Shown: positions 7,764 through 17,181, counted from the first letter of the stretch. The stretch is DNA of 34,142 bases from an uncultured bacterium (GCA_900314225.1 OMUM01000185.1:1-34142), one strand, 5' to 3'. Translations and numbers: made by a program. Notes: generated from the letters alone by a model not told the origin.

Positions 7764-10404
7764 AAAATACAAATTAAAAAAGATTTTAATAATATTTATA
7801 ATTGTTTTTATTACAATATTTATTCCTAAAGTATATGCAGAAGACACGACGGACAAATGTTCGGAGGGATCTCTATTAAAAAGGTATAAAATTGAGTATA
7901 AAAATAATAGAATTACAATAACACCAAATGAAAATGATAAGAAGTATAAAAATGTAGTTTTTACAGTTGCAGAATTATTAAAGCACAATATATATGAAGA
8001 AAATGGTAGTACTAAAGAAAACTATACTAACATTGATATAAGTCAGTATAATTTTACTAATGGAACATCATTTGATTTAAGTGGTCTTAATATTGGTAAT
8101 AACTTTAGAATAAAATTAAGTACAACAAATGAACCTGATTGTAAAAGTGATAAGCCAATTGAATTTACTTTTGAATATGGAGAAGAAGGCATTCAAAATC
8201 CAAAGACAGAAACATTTGATTTATCAAACGGCTCTGATATAAAAGAAGTAACAATGAACAATACTTCAAGCGATACTGATGTATTCATAAATATAGCAAA
8301 AAATAATAAATCAAATAGTAAAATTGATTATACAAAAGACACAAATACTTTACAAAAATTTAAATGTGATGTAACAAAATTTTACAAAGAATCAGAACTA
8401 AAGGATGATAACTATTACAAAAGTGAAAATAGAAAGTATTTATATGGATATAAAAATGTAGAATTGGAAGCAACATATAATTATAACTATACATCAGGTA
8501 AAAAAGATAGTGAAACTACTAAATGTAATATTAAATGTGAAGAGGGAGTTGTAGTTGAATATGGTCCTCCAGTTGCAACTAAAGCTGGATTATGTTTTGA
8601 ATATAAAATTAAAGTAACTAGTAAAGTTAAATGCAATATGACAGAAAAGCCAAAAAAACCAAAAACAAATGCTAGTGTTTGTACTCCATCTCCTTATTGT
8701 GTACATCAAAGTTCAGGAGCTGTTTACAAGCAAGCAGGCCCATCAGAAGAATTTGATACATGCGTTAAAAAATGTGATGGAGGAAAGTATACAAAGAAAT
8801 GTACAAATAAATGTTACAAGAGTGTTTATGGGGAATCAAGTACGTCTAAAACATCTAATTTAGCATCAAATAATTATAATACTTTAAGATTAAGAGGAAA
8901 ATTAGATACATATAAAGGAAACTTTGGAAGTTATAACAAATGTGTTTCTTATTCCAAAAATAAGCAGTATGGTGGATGTTATACCTATACAAAAGGTGGC
9001 ATTGAATGGTTAAGTAAGCCTATTGTAAGAGGTAGATATTATATAAATCCAGGTTATGACCCTCACTCACAATTCCCAAGCCATAATTATTTTGTAGATA
9101 ATAGAGGATTCTACCGAGCTGATTATGGATGGAGTGTTTGTGATGATGTATGTTCTTGGGTTGGATGTGGCAGTAAATCATATTTAAATTATGGAGAAGC
9201 TGAAAACGACTACACAAGTAATATAGAAAAATATAATAGTTTAGTTAGTAAATGTGAAGCTGCAGCATCATGCTCAACTAAAACAGCAGAATTTACAATC
9301 AGTGTTGATTATACAAAGAATAAAGAAACAAAAATAACAACAATAAATTTCCCATATAGTACAACTAGCAATAGTAAAACAGATAAATTAGGTACATGTA
9401 AAGATGAGAATAATACATCTTCAACAGCCTGCAATTCAAGTGGAAAAACAGATAATAATAAATCAACAATTTGTAAAACAAGACCAAACGGAAGTGTTAT
9501 TTTACAATATGCTGGTTGCTACAATAATTGTGAAAATAATAATTATTATATGACTGAGTGGAGTTTCCCAGGTACCTGGATGAATGGAAAAACTGGTGAA
9601 ATATCATATGTTGATAAATCAAATTTCAAAGGTTGGAGAACAGAAAAGCAAAAATTCTGTGTTCCACTTGATGCAAAAAATGTAAATACAAAATGGTGGA
9701 GTAAATATTATGCTCATATATTAAGTGATACAAAGCTTCAAGAGTATAAAGACAAATATAATATTGATTTTACATCATTAAGAAATATTGCAGGAGCCGA
9801 AAGCGATGTAGATAGCTGGAATATTAAGGGAAAAGTTACTAAATTTGGATATATTGGTTGGGATATTGATGTTAGTTGCTTCTATTCAATGAATAAACCA
9901 ACTACTACTTGTACTGGTGATAATTGCAATAGTGCTCGTGTTAGAACAGTAGACTTGAAAAATTTGTTCCCAGTTACTGAAAGTGGTTCTAGCAATACAA
10001 GTAGTACTAGTAGACAACCAGGATTCAACTGGACATCTAATGCGTTAATAACTAATGATAGAGTTCACGATACTGGAAGTACAATTAGAAACGGCACTTC
10101 ATCAAGTTCAGGATATTTCTCAAATCCAAGTAGTTATGCTGAAAATGTTCAAAAAATTGGTTATAAAGTATATTCTGATAAATATCTTGATTATGAATTT
10201 ACTATAACACCTTCTGAATTAAAGACATTAAAAAGGAATGTATCTGATAATAATTATACTAACTATAATGGAAACATAAAACAAGGCAAAGATGGTGTCT
10301 CAAGATATAAAAGTAACATAATTCATGGTAGTACAATAAAAGATAAAAAAGTTACTGAAAACTTTGATTGTAATAATATGGAAAACTATCAGAATGGTTG
10401 CTAA
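7753..10404 (+). CDS. secreted cysteine-rich large protein (about 31 Cys in the mature chain), function unknown
   Basis: ATG 7753 is preferred over the track's GTG 7744 because AGAGGTGA lies at 7739-7746. The start overlaps the end of the sortase gene by 11 nt. There is a Sec signal peptide KKYKLKKILIIFIIVFITIFIPKVYA/ED. There is no C-terminal sorting signal; the protein ends ...NYQNGC. Confidence 0.7.
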   Translation: MCHKKYKLKKILIIFIIVFITIFIPKVYAEDTTDKCSEGSLLKRYKIEYKNNRITITPNENDKKYKNVVFTVAELLKHNIYEENGSTKENYTNIDISQYNFTNGTSFDLSGLNIGNNFRIKLSTTNEPDCKSDKPIEFTFEYGEEGIQNPKTETFDLSNGSDIKEVTMNNTSSDTDVFINIAKNNKSNSKIDYTKDTNTLQKFKCDVTKFYKESELKDDNYYKSENRKYLYGYKNVELEATYNYNYTSGKKDSETTKCNIKCEEGVVVEYGPPVATKAGLCFEYKIKVTSKVKCNMTEKPKKPKTNASVCTPSPYCVHQSSGAVYKQAGPSEEFDTCVKKCDGGKYTKKCTNKCYKSVYGESSTSKTSNLASNNYNTLRLRGKLDTYKGNFGSYNKCVSYSKNKQYGGCYTYTKGGIEWLSKPIVRGRYYINPGYDPHSQFPSHNYFVDNRGFYRADYGWSVCDDVCSWVGCGSKSYLNYGEAENDYTSNIEKYNSLVSKCEAAASCSTKTAEFTISVDYTKNKETKITTINFPYSTTSNSKTDKLGTCKDENNTSSTACNSSGKTDNNKSTICKTRPNGSVILQYAGCYNNCENNNYYMTEWSFPGTWMNGKTGEISYVDKSNFKGWRTEKQKFCVPLDAKNVNTKWWSKYYAHILSDTKLQEYKDKYNIDFTSLRNIAGAESDVDSWNIKGKVTKFGYIGWDIDVSCFYSMNKPTTTCTGDNCNSARVRTVDLKNLFPVTESGSSNTSSTSRQPGFNWTSNALITNDRVHDTGSTIRNGTSSSSGYFSNPSSYAENVQKIGYKVYSDKYLDYEFTITPSELKTLKRNVSDNNYTNYNGNIKQGKDGVSRYKSNIIHGSTIKDKKVTENFDCNNMENYQNGC

Positions 10405-10422
10405 TGGAGGTGAAGAAAGTAT

Positions 10423-10926
10423 ATGAATAAAGGTATGCTTACTGTTGGAATAATTTTATTAAGTTTAATTGCATTACTACTAATAAATGTATTAACAAAT
10501 TATTCTACTGGCAGTGAATTAGATTATTATTTAATTAAAGAAACAACAACAGCTGCAATGGTTGATGCAGAAGATTATGATTTTATTAGAAACTGTGGAG
10601 TTCCTAGAATCGATAAAGAAAAGTTCATTGAGAGCTTTCTTTATCGTCTAGCTTCAAATGTTGACACAACAAGAGGATATAAAATTGGTTTTTATGATAT
10701 CAATGAAGTTCCTCCTAAAGTTAGTGTAAAAGTTGATTCGTTAACAACATTAAGTTTCAAAGCAAAAGATGCTTCTGGAAAAACAAATAATGAAGCTGCT
10801 GATATTACAACTAGTTATGATGCAATACTTGAAACTCCATATAAGATGGATGTAACAGTTGACACAGGATTAAAAGATAAAAAAAGTGATATGTGCAAAT
10901 TAAGTAAATACAAAATTAATGAATAA
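10423..10926 (+). CDS. small membrane-anchored protein with a prepilin-like N-terminus (possible minor pilin)
   Basis: GGAGGTGA ribosome-binding site. The N-terminus MNKG/MLTVGIILLSLIALLLINVL is a short polar leader ending in Gly followed by a long hydrophobic helix. The gene lies directly upstream of the Tad assembly genes. Confidence 0.45.
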   Translation: MNKGMLTVGIILLSLIALLLINVLTNYSTGSELDYYLIKETTTAAMVDAEDYDFIRNCGVPRIDKEKFIESFLYRLASNVDTTRGYKIGFYDINEVPPKVSVKVDSLTTLSFKAKDASGKTNNEAADITTSYDAILETPYKMDVTVDTGLKDKKSDMCKLSKYKINE

Positions 10927-10937
10927 GGAGGATAAGA

Positions 10938-11750
10938 ATGGGAAATTTATCTACAAGTTTAAAAAAATTTTTACAAAATAAAAATACAGTTACTGTAGTT
11001 GGTGTGATTCTAGCAATTGTTGTCTTGTACGTTGCATATACAATACGTATAAGAAGTTCTATCAATCCAGTATCTGTTCCTTATGCAACTGAAAAAATTT
11101 ATTCTGGAACTCAAATAACAAAAAATCAAGTTGGTACTATCGAAGTACCTCCTTCTATGTTAGAGGGAGAAGTAATAACAGATGCTAGTCAAATAATTGA
11201 TAAGTATGCAGCTGCTGATACAGTAATTCCAGAAGGTAGTTTATTTTATAAAAGTGCAGTTGTTGAGAAAGAACAATTACCAGATAATATCATTCTAGAG
11301 TATCCAAAGGGTTATGTTTTATATAACTTAACAGTTAATTCAAATTCTACATATGGTAATTCAATTTATCCAGGCAATTATATTGATATTTATTTTAAGG
11401 CTGTTAATAAAATTGATGAATCTGATCAAACACAATTAACAGCAGCTGCTGATCAGGTAATTTTAGGAAAATTTATATCAAATATTAAGGTACTTGCTGT
11501 AAGAGATTCTACTGGTAAACCAGTATTCCAAAACTTAGATGAAAACAGAACTCCTGCTATGGTAATATTTGCTGTACCAGAAGAGTACTATATTCTTCTA
11601 AAGAAGTCTGAATTTATGCAAACATATGATACAACATTGATTCCAGTTCCAACAAACGAAAGTTTAAAAGATGAACCTGCCGATTTAGAGATGAGTAGTG
11701 ATACATTAAAGAACTGGATTAATAATCATACATATTATGATGTAAATTAA
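10938..11750 (+). CDS. cpaB: CpaB/RcpC-like Flp pilus assembly protein (SAF domain)
   Basis: AGGAGGA ribosome-binding site, N-terminal TM, then the SAF-like segment VPYATEKIYSGTQITKNQVGTIEVPPSMLEGEVITDASQIIDKYAAADTVIPEGSLF. It lies immediately upstream of the CpaF-like ATPase. Confidence 0.6.
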   Translation: MGNLSTSLKKFLQNKNTVTVVGVILAIVVLYVAYTIRIRSSINPVSVPYATEKIYSGTQITKNQVGTIEVPPSMLEGEVITDASQIIDKYAAADTVIPEGSLFYKSAVVEKEQLPDNIILEYPKGYVLYNLTVNSNSTYGNSIYPGNYIDIYFKAVNKIDESDQTQLTAAADQVILGKFISNIKVLAVRDSTGKPVFQNLDENRTPAMVIFAVPEEYYILLKKSEFMQTYDTTLIPVPTNESLKDEPADLEMSSDTLKNWINNHTYYDVN

Positions 11751-11779
11751 TTATTAAAATAAAAAGGGATGTGAGTTAA

Positions 11780-13231
11780 ATGAATGAAAATATATTTGAT
11801 AAATTAGATTTTGGACCATTTCGTTCATTACTTGATAATGATGACATAACAGATATTTCCTATGATAATGGTGGTCAAATTTGGGTTCGTTCTTTAACTC
11901 AAGGTTCCATGAGAGTTGAAGTTGAAGGAGCAACTCCAGAATTTGTTGAAAAACTTGCTTTTCAATGTTCCAATGTCATGGGTACAACTTTTAATAATGC
12001 AAAGCCATTTCTTGATGCAGAATCTTCAGAATTACGTCTGAATTTCGTTCATCAATCTATAGCAACAAATGGAATTGCCTTAGTTATTCGTAAAACTCCC
12101 GCTAAAATAAGATTAAATAAAGATAAGTTAATTAAAGAAGACTATTTTACTCCAGCTATACATGATTTTTTAATTAAATGTGTTGAAGGTCATTGTAATA
12201 TAATGGTTGCTGGAGAAACTGGTTCAGGTAAAACTGAATTTGTTAAATATTTAGCAGCTCATACCAAAACAGAAGAAAAAATTATAACAATTGAGGATAC
12301 ATTGGAATTGCATCTTGATAAAATATTTCCACAAAGAGATATTGTTGCAATGAAAACAAATAATGTAGCAAGTTATTCTGACGTATTAGTTACATGTATG
12401 CGTCAAAATCCAAAATGGATATTGCTTTCAGAAGTACGTTCAGCTGAAGCTGTTTCTGCTGTTCGTAACTCTATTTCATCAGGACATAATATTTTATCAA
12501 CTATTCATGCTGATAAAGCATCTGCTATCCCATATCGTTTATATTCATTAATGGAAACAGATTTGGATGTTAATCAGTTTTTGAATACAATTTACCGTTA
12601 TATTCAAATTGGAGTTCATATTAAAGCATTTTATAGTAAACAATATGGCAATTTTCATCGTGAAGTTGATGAAGTTACTGAATTTTATGTTGATGATGAA
12701 AATAAGCCAATTTCTCATACAATCTATCAAAAGATAATGGGAAAAGTTATGATGTGTAAACCAAGTGCTCATTTGATTGAATATCTGGACAATCAAAATA
12801 TTAATGTCTATGAAATAATTAAAGATTTACCAGATGAAATGCCAGTTGTTGAATTAAAAGATGATGATACAATAAACTTTGTTAATGCTTCAAGTAATAA
12901 TGCAAGTTTGAAAGAAAACGTAGAAGTTACAAAACAATCAACACAAAATATTGTTCCTGAACAGCAAAAAAATTTATCAATTGGTAATACAGGTAATATT
13001 ACAGTGTCTACACAACAACAAGATATTCAACATCCAGTGCAAATTCAAAAAAATGCTCAGGTACCTCAGCAATCGGTTACACAAAATGTGTTATCGCAGA
13101 AAAATATACCACAATCTAGTCAGCCAGTAATACCACAGCTTAATCCACAACAAATTGTTATGCCAATACAAAATGCAAATCAGCAAGTAGCACCATATAG
13201 ACCTCCAATTATTACTAAATTAGGAGAATAG
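11780..13231 (+). CDS. tadA: CpaF/TadA-type secretion ATPase (VirB11/PilT superfamily) with a Q/P-rich C-terminal extension
   Basis: Walker A VAGETGSGKTEFV, Asp box ITIEDTLEL, Walker B-like ILLSEVRSAEA and His box LSTIHA. The last 110 aa or so are low-complexity Gln/Pro-rich. Confidence 0.85.
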   Translation: MNENIFDKLDFGPFRSLLDNDDITDISYDNGGQIWVRSLTQGSMRVEVEGATPEFVEKLAFQCSNVMGTTFNNAKPFLDAESSELRLNFVHQSIATNGIALVIRKTPAKIRLNKDKLIKEDYFTPAIHDFLIKCVEGHCNIMVAGETGSGKTEFVKYLAAHTKTEEKIITIEDTLELHLDKIFPQRDIVAMKTNNVASYSDVLVTCMRQNPKWILLSEVRSAEAVSAVRNSISSGHNILSTIHADKASAIPYRLYSLMETDLDVNQFLNTIYRYIQIGVHIKAFYSKQYGNFHREVDEVTEFYVDDENKPISHTIYQKIMGKVMMCKPSAHLIEYLDNQNINVYEIIKDLPDEMPVVELKDDDTINFVNASSNNASLKENVEVTKQSTQNIVPEQQKNLSIGNTGNITVSTQQQDIQHPVQIQKNAQVPQQSVTQNVLSQKNIPQSSQPVIPQLNPQQIVMPIQNANQQVAPYRPPIITKLGE

Positions 13232-13246
13232 AATGGAGTTGATTAT

Positions 13247-14149
13247 ATGTATATTGAAGAACTAATAATAATTATTGTATTTGTTTTAGGAATATATCTA
13301 TATAGACATTATAATGGAGATAATGTAGGAAAATATGTTACACAACAGATACAAGGAATGTATGATAAATTTTCTCCTTATTCATTTAAGGTTGTTCGTG
13401 AAAAGACAAAGCAATTAGGACAAGAATATACAGTAAAACAATATACACTTCAAGTTACATTAATTGCTGGATTTGCTGCAATAGTCTCTTATCTATATTT
13501 TTACAATCTAATAATAAGTATTATTTATGTAATAATTGCTGTTTCATTTGTTCCATATTTAGCATATCTTCGTTGTAAAAGAGTATATTCAGAGTTTATA
13601 TTTGAACAAATACAAGTATATACTTCAAATACTATTATGGAGTTTGGTACCACACAATCTTTTGTTAAAGCAATTGAAGGAGTAGCTGATTCTGGTGTTT
13701 TAGAAGACCCTGTTTTAAGTGATGTTAGACAAATGATTACAATGTGTTATGATAATGGAACAATTGATGACGCTTTAGAATATATGAGTAAATTGTATCC
13801 ATATTATATTGTAAAAAATATGCATCAATTATTTTTACAAATCACAAATGAAGGAGCTCAAAATTCTGCAGATTCACTTGAAAATATGCAATTAGATATA
13901 GATATGTTAGTTGAAAGTGTCTATCGTGATAGAATCGATAGAGCATCATTTCATAAACGTTTTTTGCAATTTGGCGTTGTTCTATATTTATTAGTAATGC
14001 TAGTTCAATACTTGCTTGGTAGGGAAACATATTTACTACTTCTTGAAAGATGGTATGTTCAATTTCTAATGCATGGAGTTTTAATTGTTAATACATTTTT
14101 CTTACTAAAAGGTGAAAAATATTATAATGAGAATGTAGGTGCTGAATAA
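13247..14149 (+). CDS. tadB: TadB-like pilus platform membrane protein (T2SS-F-like)
   Basis: 300-aa polytopic protein with an N-terminal TM, a central TM pair and C-terminal TMs flanking a soluble helical domain. Its position after the ATPase is the canonical tadA-tadB-tadC order. Confidence 0.55.
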   Translation: MYIEELIIIIVFVLGIYLYRHYNGDNVGKYVTQQIQGMYDKFSPYSFKVVREKTKQLGQEYTVKQYTLQVTLIAGFAAIVSYLYFYNLIISIIYVIIAVSFVPYLAYLRCKRVYSEFIFEQIQVYTSNTIMEFGTTQSFVKAIEGVADSGVLEDPVLSDVRQMITMCYDNGTIDDALEYMSKLYPYYIVKNMHQLFLQITNEGAQNSADSLENMQLDIDMLVESVYRDRIDRASFHKRFLQFGVVLYLLVMLVQYLLGRETYLLLLERWYVQFLMHGVLIVNTFFLLKGEKYYNENVGAE

Positions 14150-14952
14150 TGGAAATTTTAATTGTTGGTGCAATAATAATATTTGTTTTAATTTATAATA
14201 ATACAATTGATAAAGACAAATTTTATGCTGATAATCAAAAATATCTAGAAGCATTAAAAGAAGATGATTATCAGTTCTTGGTATATGCAAGATATGGGGA
14301 AAATGTTGATATTGATCAATTATTTTCTCAAAGAGTTACATATGCCTTTATTGCTTTACTTATAGTTTTAGTACTATCAATTTCCGGAAATACATCTGCA
14401 GAAATAATAAATTCTCAGTTTTTCTTAAATTTAGTATTTTCTGTAGCTATAGCAGCTCTTGTATTTAAAATGCCATATTTTCAAATAAAAAGTTATTATA
14501 AGAAACATCTTCATGATATTGATATTATGTTACCATATTATTTAAAAGGATTAGAAATTCTTATTCAACATTATACTGTTCCAGTAGCAATAGGTAAAAG
14601 TATAAAAGACGCTCCAGAAATATTTAAACCAGGTTTAAGAAGAATGGTTGATAGAATTAATTCTGGTGATTCATCAGTCGATCCATATATGGAATTTGCT
14701 AATACATATCCTGTAAGAGATTCAATGAGAATGATGAGACTTTTATATAGACTAGGAATTGGTTCACAAGAGAGAAAACAAGAAAGACTTATGATGTTTT
14801 CTAGAAATGTATCTTCATTACAAAATAAAGCAAGAGAGACAAAATATAAAGAAAGACTTGATTATATGGAAAATCAAACAATGATTATGCTTGTTGTAAC
14901 CGGTATTGGAGTAATGCTTGTAATTTTAATTTCTATGACAACAATAATTTAA
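14149..14952 (+). CDS. tadC: TadC-like pilus platform membrane protein (T2SS-F-like)
   Basis: The start overlaps the previous stop (TAATG, 14147-14151). It has the same topology class as 13247-14149 and ends in a C-terminal TM. Confidence 0.55.
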   Translation: MEILIVGAIIIFVLIYNNTIDKDKFYADNQKYLEALKEDDYQFLVYARYGENVDIDQLFSQRVTYAFIALLIVLVLSISGNTSAEIINSQFFLNLVFSVAIAALVFKMPYFQIKSYYKKHLHDIDIMLPYYLKGLEILIQHYTVPVAIGKSIKDAPEIFKPGLRRMVDRINSGDSSVDPYMEFANTYPVRDSMRMMRLLYRLGIGSQERKQERLMMFSRNVSSLQNKARETKYKERLDYMENQTMIMLVVTGIGVMLVILISMTTII

Positions 14953-14969
14953 AAATTTATTATAAAATA

Positions 14970-14998
14970 TTGATAATATTTAATAAATTTGATAAAAT
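14970..14998 (+). promoter_or_regulatory. sigma-A-type promoter P2 in front of the Flp-like pilin gene
   Basis: TTGATA (14970-14975), 17-nt spacer, extended -10 TGaTAAAAT (14990-14998). The -10 block is the same as in P1. Confidence 0.6.
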
Positions 14999-15032
14999 AA
15001 AAATGATTATCATGAAAGGATAGGTGATATTA

Positions 15033-15182
15033 ATGAAGGCAGCAACAGGTGAATTAAACTTGACTGTAATTACGTTATTAGCAATCGCAGCAGTTATAGC
15101 TTTTTTCTGGCTAATGTTCCCACAAATACAAAAATCAATAAATTCTCAATGGAATAATATTTCTACATATAAAGGAGATTAA
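15033..15182 (+). CDS. Flp-like small pilin candidate (49 aa; absent from the ORF track because it is shorter than 60 aa)
   Basis: My translation is MKAATGELNLTVITLLAIAAVIAFFWLMFPQIQKSINSQWNNISTYKGD. AAAGGATAGGTGA lies upstream. The gene has its own promoter and sits between the tadC-like and tadE-like genes. The protein has a short leader ending in Gly followed by a hydrophobic helix. Confidence 0.55.
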   Translation: MKAATGELNLTVITLLAIAAVIAFFWLMFPQIQKSINSQWNNISTYKGD

Positions 15183-15194
15183 TAGGAGTTATTT

Positions 15195-15617
15195 ATGAGG
15201 GAATCTTTTAGTGGTATTGTAAATATTTTCTTTATTGCTATTTTTCTTGTAATAATATCTGGAATATTGGCTTTGATTGTTTCATATACAAAAGCATTTA
15301 AAATGAAGAATATTATTATTTCCACTATAGAACAATATGAAGGATCAGGATGTACAAATGATTCTTCTTATTGTTATAAAAAGATACAAGAAAGAGCTAA
15401 AAATTATCGATATAATGTTGGCAATTTAAAATGTCCTAATGATTTTTCAAAAGTTGGAAATTTGTATTGTATTAAAGAAACACATAACAAAGATAATAAA
15501 TATTTCTATACAGTTATAACTAGAGTTGATTTCTATTTTCCTGTAATTAGCGATTTTTTTAGTTTTAATTTTTTTGAAACATCTGGGGATACACAAGAAA
15601 TTGTAAAACCTAGTTAG
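15195..15617 (+). CDS. TadE-like pseudopilin (paralog 1)
   Basis: TAGGAG ribosome-binding site. The N-terminus is MRESFSG/IVNIFFIAIFLVIISGILALIV. It shares the block YTKAFKMKN-II-T-E-Y-G and a conserved four-Cys pattern with 15629-16111. Confidence 0.55.
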   Translation: MRESFSGIVNIFFIAIFLVIISGILALIVSYTKAFKMKNIIISTIEQYEGSGCTNDSSYCYKKIQERAKNYRYNVGNLKCPNDFSKVGNLYCIKETHNKDNKYFYTVITRVDFYFPVISDFFSFNFFETSGDTQEIVKPS

Positions 15618-15628
15618 AAGGTGGTTAT

Positions 15629-16111
15629 ATGAGTGATAGTCTTGGCGGAACAGTAGTAATCGTAATTATTGTTGTTTTTATCACATTAGTTTCTGGATAT
15701 ATGGCTTTTAATATTAATTATACTAAAGCTTTTAAAATGAAAAATAAAATTATCGATACTTATGAGAAATACAATGGTGCATGTAATACGGCGACAGACT
15801 GCAATAAAGAAATAGAAAATTATGCTAAAGAAATTGGATATAATACAGAAAGATTTAATTGTTCAAAAGGTACAGCTCATGGTACTATTGGTAAGTATTG
15901 TGTTTATGAAGTCACAGTAGCTAGTGAATATAGTGAATCGGATAAAAACGCAATATTTAATGGCAATGATTTTTGCGACGATTATAGAAAATATTATGAA
16001 ATTACAACAAAACCAGAGACACCAAAAATACCAATATTTTATTACTTTTTTAGAAATACAGGTTATTTTTCTGTTTCAGGAAATACAAAAATTTTATGTA
16101 ATGATGGATAA
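15629..16111 (+). CDS. TadE-like pseudopilin (paralog 2)
   Basis: GAAGGTGG ribosome-binding site. The N-terminus is MSDSLGG/TVVIVIIVVFITLVSGYMAF. It carries the same conserved block and Cys pattern as 15195-15617, plus two extra Cys. Confidence 0.55.
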   Translation: MSDSLGGTVVIVIIVVFITLVSGYMAFNINYTKAFKMKNKIIDTYEKYNGACNTATDCNKEIENYAKEIGYNTERFNCSKGTAHGTIGKYCVYEVTVASEYSESDKNAIFNGNDFCDDYRKYYEITTKPETPKIPIFYYFFRNTGYFSVSGNTKILCNDG

Positions 16112-16133
16112 ATAAAAAGGAGGTTGGTAAACT

Positions 16134-17147
16134 GTGAATGTTATTGTAGCAAATGAACAACAAAATCAACTTTCTAATTTAGATATCGATATAATAAAAA
16201 GTATTTCAGGAGTTTATGAAGCTTATGAAATAGTTGAAATGTTTAAAAATTTTTTCTTTAATATGATGATTTTAGATGTTACAGCATTAAAAAATTATAA
16301 AGATATTAGAACATATGAAGTTCTAGCAAGTGGCTTAGAACCAAGTAAAATTATATTTTTATTACCTGAAGGAAGTGAGATAACAACACCTAATTTTTTA
16401 TCACACCTTATTTCACTAAAAATATATAATTTTACTACCAATGTAAATGGAATAAATTATTTATTAAAAAAAAGAAATACATTAAAAGATGTAGAACAAA
16501 TAGTTAAAATGGCAAACATGAAAGATTCTAGCGATACTGGTGCCGCTGTAGCAACTATTTCAAAAAATAATTCAAACAAAGTTATTCATATATTAGGAAT
16601 TAAAAATATAACAGATGGTGCTGGAGCAACGACATTTATATATCTTTTAAAGAAAGAATTATCATTAATTTATGGTAAAGAAAATATAGTTGCCATCGAG
16701 ATTGATAAGAACGATTTTAAATTGTTTGTTGAAAAAAATATGTACTCAACTGATCACGATAATTTAAATAATTTATTATCCAAATTTTCAAGTTCAAAAG
16801 TAATATTAGTCGATTTAAATAATTATACTGATGAAAGTTTTTGTAATGATATAATTTATTTAATTGAACCGAGTACAATTAAATTAAATAGATTAGTTAG
16901 AAAAGATAGAAATATATTTACTAGGCTAGTTAATAAAAAAGTTGTCTTAAATAAAAGCTTACTATTAAATAATGATATTTATGACTTTGAGAGTGAAGCA
17001 GGAATAAAAGTTTTCTATAATATGCCACCTCTTGATGAAAGAAAAAGAAATTCAATAGTTCATGATTTTTTAAATAAATTAGGCTATTTTGAAGAAGATC
17101 ATGAAAATAATAATTCTTCAAAAATATTTGGATTATTTAGAAGATAA
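16134..17147 (+). CDS. TadZ/CpaE-like (ParA/MinD-fold) pilus localisation protein with a degenerate P-loop
   Basis: GTG start with AAGGAGG at 16117-16123. There is an N-terminal pseudo-receiver-like region. The P-loop position reads ILGIKNITDGAGATTF and lacks the signature Lys residues of GxKGGxGKTT. The gene lies at the end of the Tad block. Confidence 0.5.
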   Translation: MNVIVANEQQNQLSNLDIDIIKSISGVYEAYEIVEMFKNFFFNMMILDVTALKNYKDIRTYEVLASGLEPSKIIFLLPEGSEITTPNFLSHLISLKIYNFTTNVNGINYLLKKRNTLKDVEQIVKMANMKDSSDTGAAVATISKNNSNKVIHILGIKNITDGAGATTFIYLLKKELSLIYGKENIVAIEIDKNDFKLFVEKNMYSTDHDNLNNLLSKFSSSKVILVDLNNYTDESFCNDIIYLIEPSTIKLNRLVRKDRNIFTRLVNKKVVLNKSLLLNNDIYDFESEAGIKVFYNMPPLDERKRNSIVHDFLNKLGYFEEDHENNNSSKIFGLFRR

Positions 17148-17151
17148 ATAA

Positions 17152-17181
17152 TTGACAAAATTAGTATTATAATTATATAAT
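17152..17181 (+). promoter_or_regulatory. sigma-A-type promoter P3 in front of the T4SS module
   Basis: TTGACA (17152-17157), 18-nt spacer, TATAAT (17176-17181). Confidence 0.6.

Noticed and set aside
8197-8214. The NPKTE motif (IQNPKTETF) in the Cys-rich protein as a class B sortase sorting signal.
   Set aside because: The motif is internal, about 150 aa from the N-terminus, and is not followed by a hydrophobic segment or a basic tail. It is probably a chance match.
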